A DNA stretch of 29,210 bases from a bacterium (GTDB lineage: Bacteria > Zhuqueibacterota > Zhuqueibacteria > Oceanimicrobiales > Oceanimicrobiaceae), in assembly GCA_037446635.1 (NCBI GenBank), contig JBBIIG010000052.1, forward strand, positions 1 through 29,210, read 5' to 3'. The notes under the pieces are model-generated. The model did not search any database and had not been told where the DNA came from. It was given only the letters and a program-made list of their open reading frames with translations. Position numbers and translations under genes: made by a program. Positions 1 through 9,000 of the stretch are shown in pieces (positions within the stretch are counted from its first letter, which is position 1; each line of letters opens with the position of its first letter).

Positions 1-295
1 TATAATTAGGAAAAGTTAAATTGGCAGGTTGGCTCTGTTCTCCAGAACAACGGATGAAAACTAAACCCAAAATGGCAATCAAAACAATCATCGACTTGTG
101 ATTCATGGCTTGTGTTCCTTTGAACATTATGAGATTTGATGAGATTTGTATATTCATCATAACAGCTCTGTTCGCAAGGGATATTCCAAGCGTAGGAGCT
201 CTTAAAAGTATTTTTTTCATGCGGCATTTTGATATCGCATATTGCCAAGACGGATGGAAATATTTAAAATGATCTGGTTGTTTTCTTTTTACAAT

Positions 296-1204
296 ATGAT
301 TCAACGTAGATATATAATGTTGATCCTCGGCTGTTTTTTCCTGTGGAGCGGGAAAGTATATGCCGGGGCCTGGACGCTCAAGCGCGGCCAGCTCGGGGTG
401 AAGTTTTCATTGTCCTATCAAAAAACCGATGAACGCTATTACTCCAGAATAACCCCCTGTCCTCTTGGACATACCTGCACCAGAAGTGGTCAACGGGTTC
501 CATTTGCTTTTGATGGTGAAAGCCGATTCACCGGTCTGTTCGCTGACGTTAACTACGGTCTCACGGATGAAATCGAGTTTGATTTGCAAATTCCATTTTT
601 CGATATTGCTTTCACCGATGATGTTAATCCTCTCCGGCCTAAAACCGCAGACATTGGTGATATCCGCTTTGGACTGAGATACCGCTATTTATCGAGCCCG
701 GTAGTATCTACCTTAGCCATTGCCGCGAAAGCGCCGACCGGATTTTTTAATAAGGATGCAGAGGTGGTGCCCATTGGCGACGGTCAATGGGACCTTGAAT
801 TCATGGGAGAATTTGGAAAATCACTCTGGCCGGCTCCCGCTTATTTAAACTTGGATTTGGGTTATCGCATTCGATTCGCTCCCGATATCGCGACCTCCAA
901 CCGTGATCCTGGAAACGAATTTTTTTTCCGCGGTGAGGGAGGGTATCATCTCTTCAATAGCCTACTTTTCAAAATTGCCGTTAATGGGCTTTATGGAGCA
1001 AAATTTATTCAAAGTAATCTTGCGATACAGGATTCTCAGCGGCAGGTTTTATATTTTGAGTCTGGTGTTTTTTGGACGATAAAAAAACCCTTGGCCTTTG
1101 ACGCCTCCATACAATACACTCTTTCCGGTAAAAACTTTCCTGCCGGCGCCGTTTATAATGTTGGACTTTATTATTTGTTCTCTTTATGGTCTAAATCACG
1201 ATAA
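296..1204 (+). CDS. Secreted outer-membrane beta-barrel protein (transporter / MetA-pathway phenol-degradation-like family)
   Basis: Long ORF. ATG at 296 gives a signal peptide (MIQRRYIMLILGCFFLWSGKVYA-GAW). Amphipathic beta strands and family-like motifs GDIRFGLRY, KAPTG, IGDGQWD. Start codon uncertain (254/296/317). Confidence 0.7.
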   Translation: MIQRRYIMLILGCFFLWSGKVYAGAWTLKRGQLGVKFSLSYQKTDERYYSRITPCPLGHTCTRSGQRVPFAFDGESRFTGLFADVNYGLTDEIEFDLQIPFFDIAFTDDVNPLRPKTADIGDIRFGLRYRYLSSPVVSTLAIAAKAPTGFFNKDAEVVPIGDGQWDLEFMGEFGKSLWPAPAYLNLDLGYRIRFAPDIATSNRDPGNEFFFRGEGGYHLFNSLLFKIAVNGLYGAKFIQSNLAIQDSQRQVLYFESGVFWTIKKPLAFDASIQYTLSGKNFPAGAVYNVGLYYLFSLWSKSR

Positions 1205-1361
1205 GTTAAACGCCTGCCAGCAAGAGCCACCGTCACATCAATTTTGTCACGCCGAGTCGTTAATTAAAACATCGTTGAATTAATGGCTCGAAATTCAATT
1301 TAAAAATGAATTGGGAAATGCGGATAGGCGCCGGCGCGGGCCACCATCAGCTGAGATTTTG

Positions 1362-1405
1362 CGGGCGCAGACTTTTCATTTCGATTACTCTGCGCCCGTC
1401 TTTTC
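1362..1405. terminator. Probable intrinsic terminator between convergent genes
   Basis: 10-bp stem CGGGCGCAGA (1362-1371) / TCTGCGCCCG (1389-1398), followed by TCTTTT on the + strand; lies just past the stop of 1407..1982. Confidence 0.5.
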
Positions 1406-1406
1406 C

Positions 1407-1982
1407 CTACTGAATATTCACTGGAAAATCGATATCGATATCCGTCTCCGGACTGCGGGTGACGCCGTCTTTCGCAACTTCGTCGTAGTGGGCCAGAACC
1501 ACATTCAGCGTTCCCGATGCCGCCGGGCCGGCGGATACCGCCGCCGTAAATTCCAGGCCGATGGGAAGATTGTTGGCGTCGCGGTCCGTGATGGTCACGG
1601 TCACCCGAGCGGCAATGCCTCCCTCGGCAGTGTAGAAGAATTGATGCGCATCGGCTTCTTCTTCCACTTCCTCGGTAACATCTTCCGCTGGATTAACGCT
1701 CTCATTTAAAAGTTGAATCGCGCCGGTGTAAGTCTTACCAGCTTCCAAGGTCAACGTGCCGATGACCGGCGAATTGCCGCCGTCGCCGTCGAGGTCTTGA
1801 AATTGCGCAGTAACCTGGTTGGTTGTGCCGGTTTCGGTTAATGTCAGAATCACCGTGGTGATGAGTTCTTCTTCGCCGGGTCCGGCAGGATTTTTGTCGT
1901 CGCCGCAACCAAAATTGAACAACATCGCGCTAACGGTTAGGGCGAAAATCCAACGCAGTGATTTTTTGAAAATGGAATTCAT
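1407..1982 (-). CDS. Lipoprotein partner of the TonB-dependent receptor (acidic, His-containing, putative metal-binding)
   Basis: RBS AGGAGG before ATG 1982; lipobox FNFG-C26; motifs EEELITTV, EVEEEADAHQFFY and LNVVLAH resemble lipoproteins encoded after TBDTs in FCB-group bacteria. Confidence 0.85.
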   Translation of the reverse strand: MNSIFKKSLRWIFALTVSAMLFNFGCGDDKNPAGPGEEELITTVILTLTETGTTNQVTAQFQDLDGDGGNSPVIGTLTLEAGKTYTGAIQLLNESVNPAEDVTEEVEEEADAHQFFYTAEGGIAARVTVTITDRDANNLPIGLEFTAAVSAGPAASGTLNVVLAHYDEVAKDGVTRSPETDIDIDFPVNIQ

Positions 1983-2136
1983 GATTGAACCTCCTGTTGA
2001 AAGGTTAATGTGAAAGTGACGTAAGTTGACATCCGACTGAAAGACTTAGATGTTGATCAATGACAGCGCCAGTCCTTGACACTGACAATTTAATAATCGT
2101 GCAAAGTCGTTTTTTACCAAGGCGATGCCGGCTTAC

Positions 2137-2281
2137 TGTCATTTCGAGACGGAGCGCAGCGGAGTCGAGAAATTTGACGAAGAATTGCATCGGCGAATAC
2201 GCCCAGAGCTATTGGCATATTATGAGCCGTGCATCACCAGATTTCTCACCTCGACCAAAAGCGTCGAGCTGAGAAATGACA
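2137..2281. repeat. REP-like palindromic element (TGTCATTTC...GAAATGACA)
   Basis: 9-bp terminal inverted repeat plus inner GAGAAAT/ATTTCTC arms; same design as the element at 26620-26710. Confidence 0.7.
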
Positions 2282-2300
2282 CGAACTTTGGGCGGAATTC

Positions 2301-2636
2301 TCAGGCCAGAACCGTCGGCGGGGCGCGGGTGGAAAAGATGGAGAAAATATTTGCAGTAAGACTGGCGACGAGTCTCGGTGAGAAAATCAGCTCGATGAAA
2401 AACGGCGCGAAGCTGTAACGAGCGCACACCGTGCTCACGTTCAGCAGCGAGTAGGTGCATGCCCGGCAATCGAATCGCAGGGTTGGGTTACTCGGATTGG
2501 CGTCTGACCCGGCCTCATTTTCGACGAAGCTCACCGCGCCGCCAAACCCGTGCTGATGCGCCAGCTCGACCGTGCTCGAGAGCGCCAGCAAAATCACCGC
2601 TAACACCTGGGCGGTGACGGTTTTAAACTTTTTCAT
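2301..2636 (-). CDS. DUF2946/CruR-like leader protein 2 (signal-anchor, HxH, CxxC, RAPP), 111 aa
   Basis: ATG at 2636 with GAGGT RBS at 2641-2645; hydrophobic N-terminus, ELAHQH, CRAC, TRAPPTVLA-stop; colinear with 5182..5520. Confidence 0.8.
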   Translation of the reverse strand: MKKFKTVTAQVLAVILLALSSTVELAHQHGFGGAVSFVENEAGSDANPSNPTLRFDCRACTYSLLNVSTVCARYSFAPFFIELIFSPRLVASLTANIFSIFSTRAPPTVLA

Positions 2637-2713
2637 AGCAACCTCTGGTCTTGTCTTTGGCATTTCATTTATGACAAGGTGGATTAATGGATTGTTGCTG
2701 CATAGAGCAAAGT

Positions 2714-2741
2714 AAAAAAGGCGCCATGCGCTCTGCGCCTT
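2714..2741 (-). terminator. Probable intrinsic terminator after the TonB-dependent receptor
   Basis: Minus strand reads AAGGCGC-N10-GCGCCTT-TTTT, starting 3 nt after the TBDT stop codon. Confidence 0.55.
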
Positions 2742-2744
2742 GCC

Positions 2745-5090
2745 TTACGGCGCGAATTGGCCAAACGAGACCTGCATCCGCAAGACGACGTTGCGCCCCG
2801 GGTCGTCGATGAAGTAGCGAAATCGGCTGAGATAGTCGCGGTACGCCGTGTTGAATACATTGTTGACGCTGAGATAGATGAGGATCGGATGTCGTCCCAC
2901 TATGGTTTGCGTTCCCAATTCAAGATCCAGCAATTTGTATCCCGGCGGTGGATCGGTGTAATCGGCGTTGGCGGGCGCGCGATCCTGCCGCCGCACCAAA
3001 GTCGCCGAGATTTCGAAATAGGTATTTTCAAAACTCCCGAACGCCGGCAAATCGAAATGATTGATCCATTGCAGCCGATCGGACGGCATGAAGATCAACG
3101 GTTCATTGGTATCGAGATTGTCTGCTCGCACCGCTGAGGCCCGCGCCCCCAATCGGTAAAAGGCGAACAACTGATAATCGAACGTCAAATCGGCGCCGCG
3201 CAGCACCGCGTTGGCCTGACGATAACTAAACGCCGGAAACGCCCCGCGAATGGTTAAAATCGGCTCCGGCTCCGGGAACAGGAAAATAAAATCGTTGATG
3301 AAGTTGTTGTAAACGCTCAATTCGAGATGACTCTTTTGGCCCAGGTTGCGCAGCGTCGCATCTATGTTATAACTTTTCTCGGAGGTCAAGTTGGGATCGC
3401 CCTTTTCGTATTGCGCGGTGCCGTGGTGCACGCCGTCGCTGAACATTTCATTGACGCTGGGCGGCCGCCATGCCGTGCCGACGTTCACTGCCAGCGACCA
3501 CGCCGGCGCAAATTGATAGATCATCCCCACCACGGCGGAGACATTGTGCCAGTGGTTGATCTGCTCATCATCCGGATTCTGACGGAAGGCATACGCTCGC
3601 TGCCAGCGATAATCGAAGCGGCCGCCAAAGTTGAGGGTGAAATTTTCCTTTGTCCAATTCTCGAGGAGGAAAACGCCGAAGTTGTAGGCGCGAAAATTGG
3701 GAATCAAAAAGCCGCTGGTTTGCCGGAAGTTGCCCTGCCACATTCCGCTGACTCCAAACGTGCCGAAGAAATTTTTCACGGGTCGATGGCGGAATTTGAT
3801 GTCGCCGGAGTGGGTGTAGAGCTTGAGATCGAACGCGGCGTTTTTCGGCGGCTCAGATGAAAACGGAGAATGGGCGTCGAACTCCTGCCGGTGATTGAGT
3901 TGGAAACCGTACTGCGCCTCCAATTTTCCCAGCCCGATAAAATCCGACTGACCTTTGACCGAAATCAAGTCATGGCTGATCTTCTGCTTGGGCGGTTGGA
4001 TATCGTAGGTGAAATCTTTCTCCACCAGCGGCCGTCCGCGCTCGATGGCGTTTTGCAGATCCGTTAAGTTGCCAATATGCGAGCCGCGGAAAATTCCCAA
4101 CTCGGTTCCGAAATGACTGTAATAAAATTCAAGTTCCGATTGCTCGCGATGGTAGCCGGCCGCCAACGACCAGTCCCGCTCTTCAAAACCGGAGTTGTTG
4201 ATGACATAATCGGGCGCGCGCGCATCGCCAGCTTTGCGCAGACTGCCTTGCAGTCTCCAGCTCAAGCGGCTTATCCTCGGCGCGCGCCCTTCCAGAAGCA
4301 GCGACCCGGCGACCTGACGGTTGTTCGAGAAACCGTTGGCAAAAATCTGCCCGCCCAATCCTTGAATTGCCATCAATTGCCGCGGCTCCACGCGCACCAC
4401 CCCGCCGATGGCGTTGGAGCCGTACTCCACGCCGGCCGCGCCTTTCAGCACCTCGATTTTCGCCGGCGCAAAGGGATCGATCTCCGGCGCATGTTCGGCG
4501 CCCCATTGCTGGCCTTCCTGCGGCAGACCGGCATTCAGCACCAACACCCGCTGGCTGTGGAGCCCCCGCACGACTGGCTTAGAGATCGACGGGCCGGTTT
4601 GCAGCACGGTCACGCCGGGGATTTCTTTCAAGGTTTCGCTGAACGTCTGGCCGCGGTGCTTTTCCAGTTTTTCGGCGCTGAGAACCGTAACCGATTGACG
4701 GGAGCGCGTGAGCTCGACTTCCTCCTTGCTGGCGGTTACCGTCACTTCGGAAAATTCGATGACCGTGGGCGTCAAATAAAATTTCTTTTCGAGATTGCCG
4801 GTGATTTCTATGCTTTCCTTCACCTCCGTGTATCCCACAAAGCGACAGACAATGGTGTAGCTTCCTTTCGTCAATCTTTTTAATTGAAATTCACCATTGG
4901 CATCCGCGACATCGCCGCGATTCAGTTCCGCTATATAAATCGTGGCGCCGGGCAGTGGATGGTTGGTGGCGGCGTCGAGCACTTTTCCGGAAACAGCGGC
5001 CAGTTCGCTTTCCGGCGTGGCTGGCAGTCGCGCCGCAAAACTTAAGAGCAATAACAAAATTGTAAGCCGAGGTTTGAATAACCTGGTCAT
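2745..5090 (-). CDS. TonB-dependent outer-membrane receptor, probably for a transition metal
   Basis: Signal peptide; N-terminal carboxypeptidase-regulatory-like domain (SGKVLDAATNHPLPGATI); TonB-box-like EVTVTA; plug motifs (IPGV, KPVVRGL, IEVLKGA..EYGSNAIGGVV); barrel end NNVFNTAYRDYLSR..PGRN; His motifs GAEHAPE, GSHIGN, GVHHGTA. Confidence 0.95.
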   Translation of the reverse strand: MTRLFKPRLTILLLLLSFAARLPATPESELAAVSGKVLDAATNHPLPGATIYIAELNRGDVADANGEFQLKRLTKGSYTIVCRFVGYTEVKESIEITGNLEKKFYLTPTVIEFSEVTVTASKEEVELTRSRQSVTVLSAEKLEKHRGQTFSETLKEIPGVTVLQTGPSISKPVVRGLHSQRVLVLNAGLPQEGQQWGAEHAPEIDPFAPAKIEVLKGAAGVEYGSNAIGGVVRVEPRQLMAIQGLGGQIFANGFSNNRQVAGSLLLEGRAPRISRLSWRLQGSLRKAGDARAPDYVINNSGFEERDWSLAAGYHREQSELEFYYSHFGTELGIFRGSHIGNLTDLQNAIERGRPLVEKDFTYDIQPPKQKISHDLISVKGQSDFIGLGKLEAQYGFQLNHRQEFDAHSPFSSEPPKNAAFDLKLYTHSGDIKFRHRPVKNFFGTFGVSGMWQGNFRQTSGFLIPNFRAYNFGVFLLENWTKENFTLNFGGRFDYRWQRAYAFRQNPDDEQINHWHNVSAVVGMIYQFAPAWSLAVNVGTAWRPPSVNEMFSDGVHHGTAQYEKGDPNLTSEKSYNIDATLRNLGQKSHLELSVYNNFINDFIFLFPEPEPILTIRGAFPAFSYRQANAVLRGADLTFDYQLFAFYRLGARASAVRADNLDTNEPLIFMPSDRLQWINHFDLPAFGSFENTYFEISATLVRRQDRAPANADYTDPPPGYKLLDLELGTQTIVGRHPILIYLSVNNVFNTAYRDYLSRFRYFIDDPGRNVVLRMQVSFGQFAP

Positions 5091-5181
5091 ATTTACCTCG
5101 TTGAGAAAAATGAAAAAATGCTAAGCTAAACCAGCGTCGGTTTGGCCTGGACACAAAGCACTGAAGTTGTTGAGCAGGAAA

Positions 5182-5520
5182 TTAAGCGGGTTGAAGAGGA
5201 GGAGCGCGGTTAGAAACCGATGATTGAATCAGAATGGCAACAGGATTGTGAGTGTGGGATTTAAAAGCACAAGATTCAAAATGGGGAGAGAATAAATCGC
5301 ACTTGATTTCTCCAGATAGGTTGACGGTGGCGACCATGCACGCGAGGCAGACGAAAACGTGGATCGGCCGCTGCGCTGTCTCCGCGGCGTCATGGTTGGC
5401 GCTCACCGCCGCGGAGTCGTCCACCGGCGCGTGGCGATGACTCAGCTCGGCAGCGCCTGCCAGAAAAATCAGCGCGATCAAAATCGCCGTTGCGGTTGGT
5501 TTTCGCCCGTTACTTTTCAC
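5182..5520 (-). CDS. DUF2946/CruR-like leader protein 1 (signal-anchor, HxH, CxxC, RAPP), 112 aa
   Basis: GTG start; hydrophobic N-terminus, ELSHRH, CLAC, NRAPPLQPA-stop; ends 91 nt upstream of the TBDT start. Confidence 0.85.
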   Translation of the reverse strand: MKSNGRKPTATAILIALIFLAGAAELSHRHAPVDDSAAVSANHDAAETAQRPIHVFVCLACMVATVNLSGEIKCDLFSPHFESCAFKSHTHNPVAILIQSSVSNRAPPLQPA

Positions 5521-5546
5521 AAATAGCTTTTGGTTTAATTGGCTGC

Positions 5547-5576
5547 AATATAAGTATTGTCAGGAGAAAAGATCAA
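5547..5576 (-). promoter_or_regulatory. Putative sigma70-type promoter for the leader-TBDT unit
   Basis: TTGATC-N18-TATATT on the minus strand, -10 box 26 nt upstream of the GTG; a short CAATA-N4-TATTG inverted repeat overlaps the -10. Confidence 0.4.
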
Positions 5577-5946
5577 GCAAAACTTTTTTATCCAAAAAAA
5601 CGAGTGTAACAAACAAAATTTTTTTTAGAATTTTTCTCCACTTTTAAAACGTAGTTGCTAATATAGCTTTGTGTAGCTGATTCCATTCTTGTTTGCTATT
5701 AACATTTCATATCCGAGGGAGGGTAAGATTATACCAGGTAAGGAATTTTTGATCGGACTATAAATATTCCTTCAACCATTTCTGGGGGAAATGTTTGATC
5801 GCAATATTATAAGTTCGCCGGACATCGTGCACTGCAACAAGGGGAGATATGATATTGCACAACACTTTCCAGGGGCAACCGCCCTTCCTCAGGATGGAAA
5901 CCCTTCTGCGCGTCTCGTTTTCCATTCCAACAAATACATTTAATTC

Positions 5947-5980
5947 AAGCTCTGGGTGAACTACGTCCGGGGCTTTTTGT
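5947..5980 (+). terminator. Terminator-like hairpin in the 5' region of the 1433-aa gene (possible attenuator)
   Basis: AAGCTCTGGG (5947-5956) / TCCGGGGCTT (5966-5975) stem with G-U pairs, followed by TTTGT; about 45 nt before ATG 6023. Confidence 0.45.
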
Positions 5981-6022
5981 GTTTCTACGGGGGGTGAATC
6001 TTTTAGCGATAGAGGAGGATGT

Positions 6023-9000
6023 ATGTCACACAAACGTTATCAATTTTTGACGATTCTACTGGCTCTGGTTATTTTTGCAGCCAGTGGCAACACGCAACCG
6101 CCGGAGCACAATTTCGTTCCGCCGGTGGCCATCGGGCCGCAGAATCTCTCGTTTGGGGACGACGGGGTACACGAATTTTTAACTCAGGAAGGCACCTTGA
6201 AAGGCGACATCGGCGGAATCGTAGCGGGTCAAGAATACTGGGTTTATATTTGGGGAATTGACGCCAGTGGCGTGTCCGGGCTGCCGGGCCGCCGCGTTCG
6301 CTTTCATCTGCAAGACTCTGAAAATGGCTCGTCATTTAAACATCTCGGCATTAGCCTTTCGTTGCAAAACTCCCAGGCTGGCGGCGCCGATTTGCTGGAG
6401 TGTTATCAAGGAATCGGTTCGACGGTTGATGGCACCTCAACCCATGCTTTGGGGATCGGCTCAACTTCCCAAAAATTCGATCTACGCTTTCGCTTTACCA
6501 AAGACGAGGCTAGTGATCCCTGGTATGTTGAACCGTTTTTCAGGTTAAACGAAGGTGAATGGACATTGTTCAGCGTTGGACCATTCACCACTTCCGAAAA
6601 TAATGCGTTCGATTTCCTGGGCGCGAAGTTAGTGGTGATTTTTGACAACGGCGCCAACAGCAATGCCGAGGTTTCCTTCGACAACTTTTTCGTGGTCGGC
6701 CCCATTCAGGATTTTTCCGAGATTTTTGTAGATGATGATTGGGCTGATTTTGAGCCTGGTGACGTGGTGCAATTCCCCGGACGGTTCAATGTACAAATCA
6801 TCGGGCAGAATGCTTTCGATACCATTCAGGAGGGTATTAATAAAATTCAAGTGCCAGAGCAAGCGCCGATCTCTGCCATTTCCAGCGCCAATCAATTGAA
6901 TTTGGTGGATAACGGCCCCTCTCTCGCCACCGTGCACGTGGCCCCCGGCAGGTATTTCGAGAATCTCCAGATTTACTATCCCATGATCATTGAAGGCGGG
7001 GGCAGCGGCGAGGACGAGGAAACCAACACCATCATCGATGGCGATGGGAGTGATGTTATTTCTATTGACGGCTTGGCCAGCGGTTTTTCAGAAATCGATC
7101 GTTTGGTGCTGCGCAATCTGCGTGTGACCAACGGCGGTTCCAGCGGCAGCGGTATTTTTATGACCTTCCTCGAACAGACTCAAATTGCCAACTACAAAAC
7201 CAGCCGCACGAATTCTCTGAACGGCATTAGCACCGCAGACGCCGATTTCGCCCACATGACCTTTGAAAATATAGCGGCCGTCAACAACCTCAATGGCATC
7301 GCGTTTGAGTCCGGCAGCGTGGCCGATATCGAGGTCATCAACTGCGATTTATCGAACAATGAAAACAGCGGCTTCCGCATCGCCTCAAATGTTGACTCGT
7401 TTGACGGTCTCAACATGGAGGGCTGCACGGTCAACGATAACGGCATCAACGGTCTAACGACCGGCCCCAGTGGGTCGCAAAATGTAACCAATATTCATCT
7501 CAGCAATTGCGCGTTTTCCGGAAACGGCGACGCCCTTTCGCAATCCGGGATGGGGTCGGGCGACATCAGCTTGTTTCAGTTCAACGGCGATGCCGTGCTT
7601 ACCAATGTGAGCATTCACGGCGACGGGGCGCATATTGGTTTGCAAATTCGCGGCGATGATGAAGGGGGATTATTTCGAGCCGGAGCCGTTGATCTGGATA
7701 GCGTCATCATTTCGGGTATGTATCAGCACCCAAGCACCTGGGTTGGTTCCGGTATTTATATCAGCGGTTACAGCGATGTCAGCACCATCAGTTTTAACGA
7801 CGTGGAAATCGATATTACTCCGGTTCCGGGAAGCACGCCTGCCATCAACCTCAATTTGGAAAATATTTTTGGCAACCTTGACATCGGCAACACCAAATTG
7901 GGCGGCAACGCCTCGGTGGATATTCTAAACAACTCCGCCGCCGCGGTGGATGCCATAGACGCCGAGTTTATAGAGGCCGACAATAATTTTGAAATTGAAG
8001 ATCGCATCGTGCACGCCATTGATTTGGAAGTGATCCCGGGAAATGTTATTCAGCACAAGCCAAAAGGTAGTTTGCTGCCGCAAATTAACCTGAATATTGA
8101 ATCCGCGTTTGGTCTGGTGACCTGGGTAGTGGACAATGTGTTTATGACGCCGAATAGTTTTGCCGAACCCCTTACTTTTGCTCCCAGCATCCAGCGCGCC
8201 ATCAACGCGGCCTCGCCGGGGGATACCCTTAATATTGCCCCCGGTAATACTTACTCCGATGCCCCGAACATTTACATCTATAAAGATCTGGTGATTATTG
8301 GCTCCGGGCCGGAGCAGACCGTCATCAACTCTGGCGGCTCAACCGGTACACTCGAGCTCGATCCTTACTGGTTTGAGGTTTTTGATACCGCAAGCGTTCA
8401 TATTCGCGACATCGCTTTTGACGGCGGCGAGAACTGGACGTACTATGCTTTTCAAATGGACGGTACTGGTTCGTTCACGAATGTTCATTTCAATAATATT
8501 GTTTATGATGAATATGAGGGCACGGCCATCCGGGCGTCCGGCAGCGGTCCGGTGCATGTCACCAACTGCACTTTCACCAACATTGGCCGCGCCGGCGTGT
8601 GGTATTCCGGCTCGAGCGTCAACGGTTCGTTGTACAAACGCAGCACCTATACGGGCAAGGGCAACGGCGAGGAGGAAGAAGAATACATCGATTTCGCGGT
8701 GGTGGTGGATGGCGGCGCGCACGTCACTATCGATAGCAGCGCGGTTTCCAATAACTACGGAAATATTTTGGGAGAGGAATTTTCCGCCGGTTATCTGGTG
8801 AGGGATGGCGGCACGAATGTGACCATCAAAAACAGTGAAATCGGCTACAGTTATCACGGCATTCGCTTGGAATCGGGCGAGGGCAGCCCGTTTGTAATTA
8901 TCACCAACAATGATATTGATGGCTGTGAGATCGGCGTCGAAGTGGAGTCCGCGCTTTACGTGCGCGTGCAGCAAAACGACATCACCAATAACCACACCGG

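Noticed and set aside
6..248. 80-aa minus-strand ORF with CFDCH (heme c-like CxxCH, or a third leader peptide)
   Set aside because: TTG start, in-frame stop just upstream (264-266), no signal peptide and no RAPP; probably chance in AT-rich DNA at the window edge.
2757..4883. Several long plus-strand ORFs antisense to the TBDT
   Set aside because: Shadow ORFs of a GC-rich gene with no recognisable motifs.
5582..5611. TGTTAC on the minus strand as a fourth ECF promoter
   Set aside because: No CCCTATA at 17-nt spacing (reads AAAAAGT).
5521..5720. Fur/Zur box upstream of the metal-uptake locus
   Set aside because: Only short palindromes (CAATA-N4-TATTG, GCTA-N3-TAGC); no convincing consensus match.
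5758..6033. 91-aa minus-strand ORF; c-di-GMP or cobalamin riboswitch in the same region
   Set aside because: The ORF overlaps the start of the large gene and has no motifs; core riboswitch consensus elements were not found.
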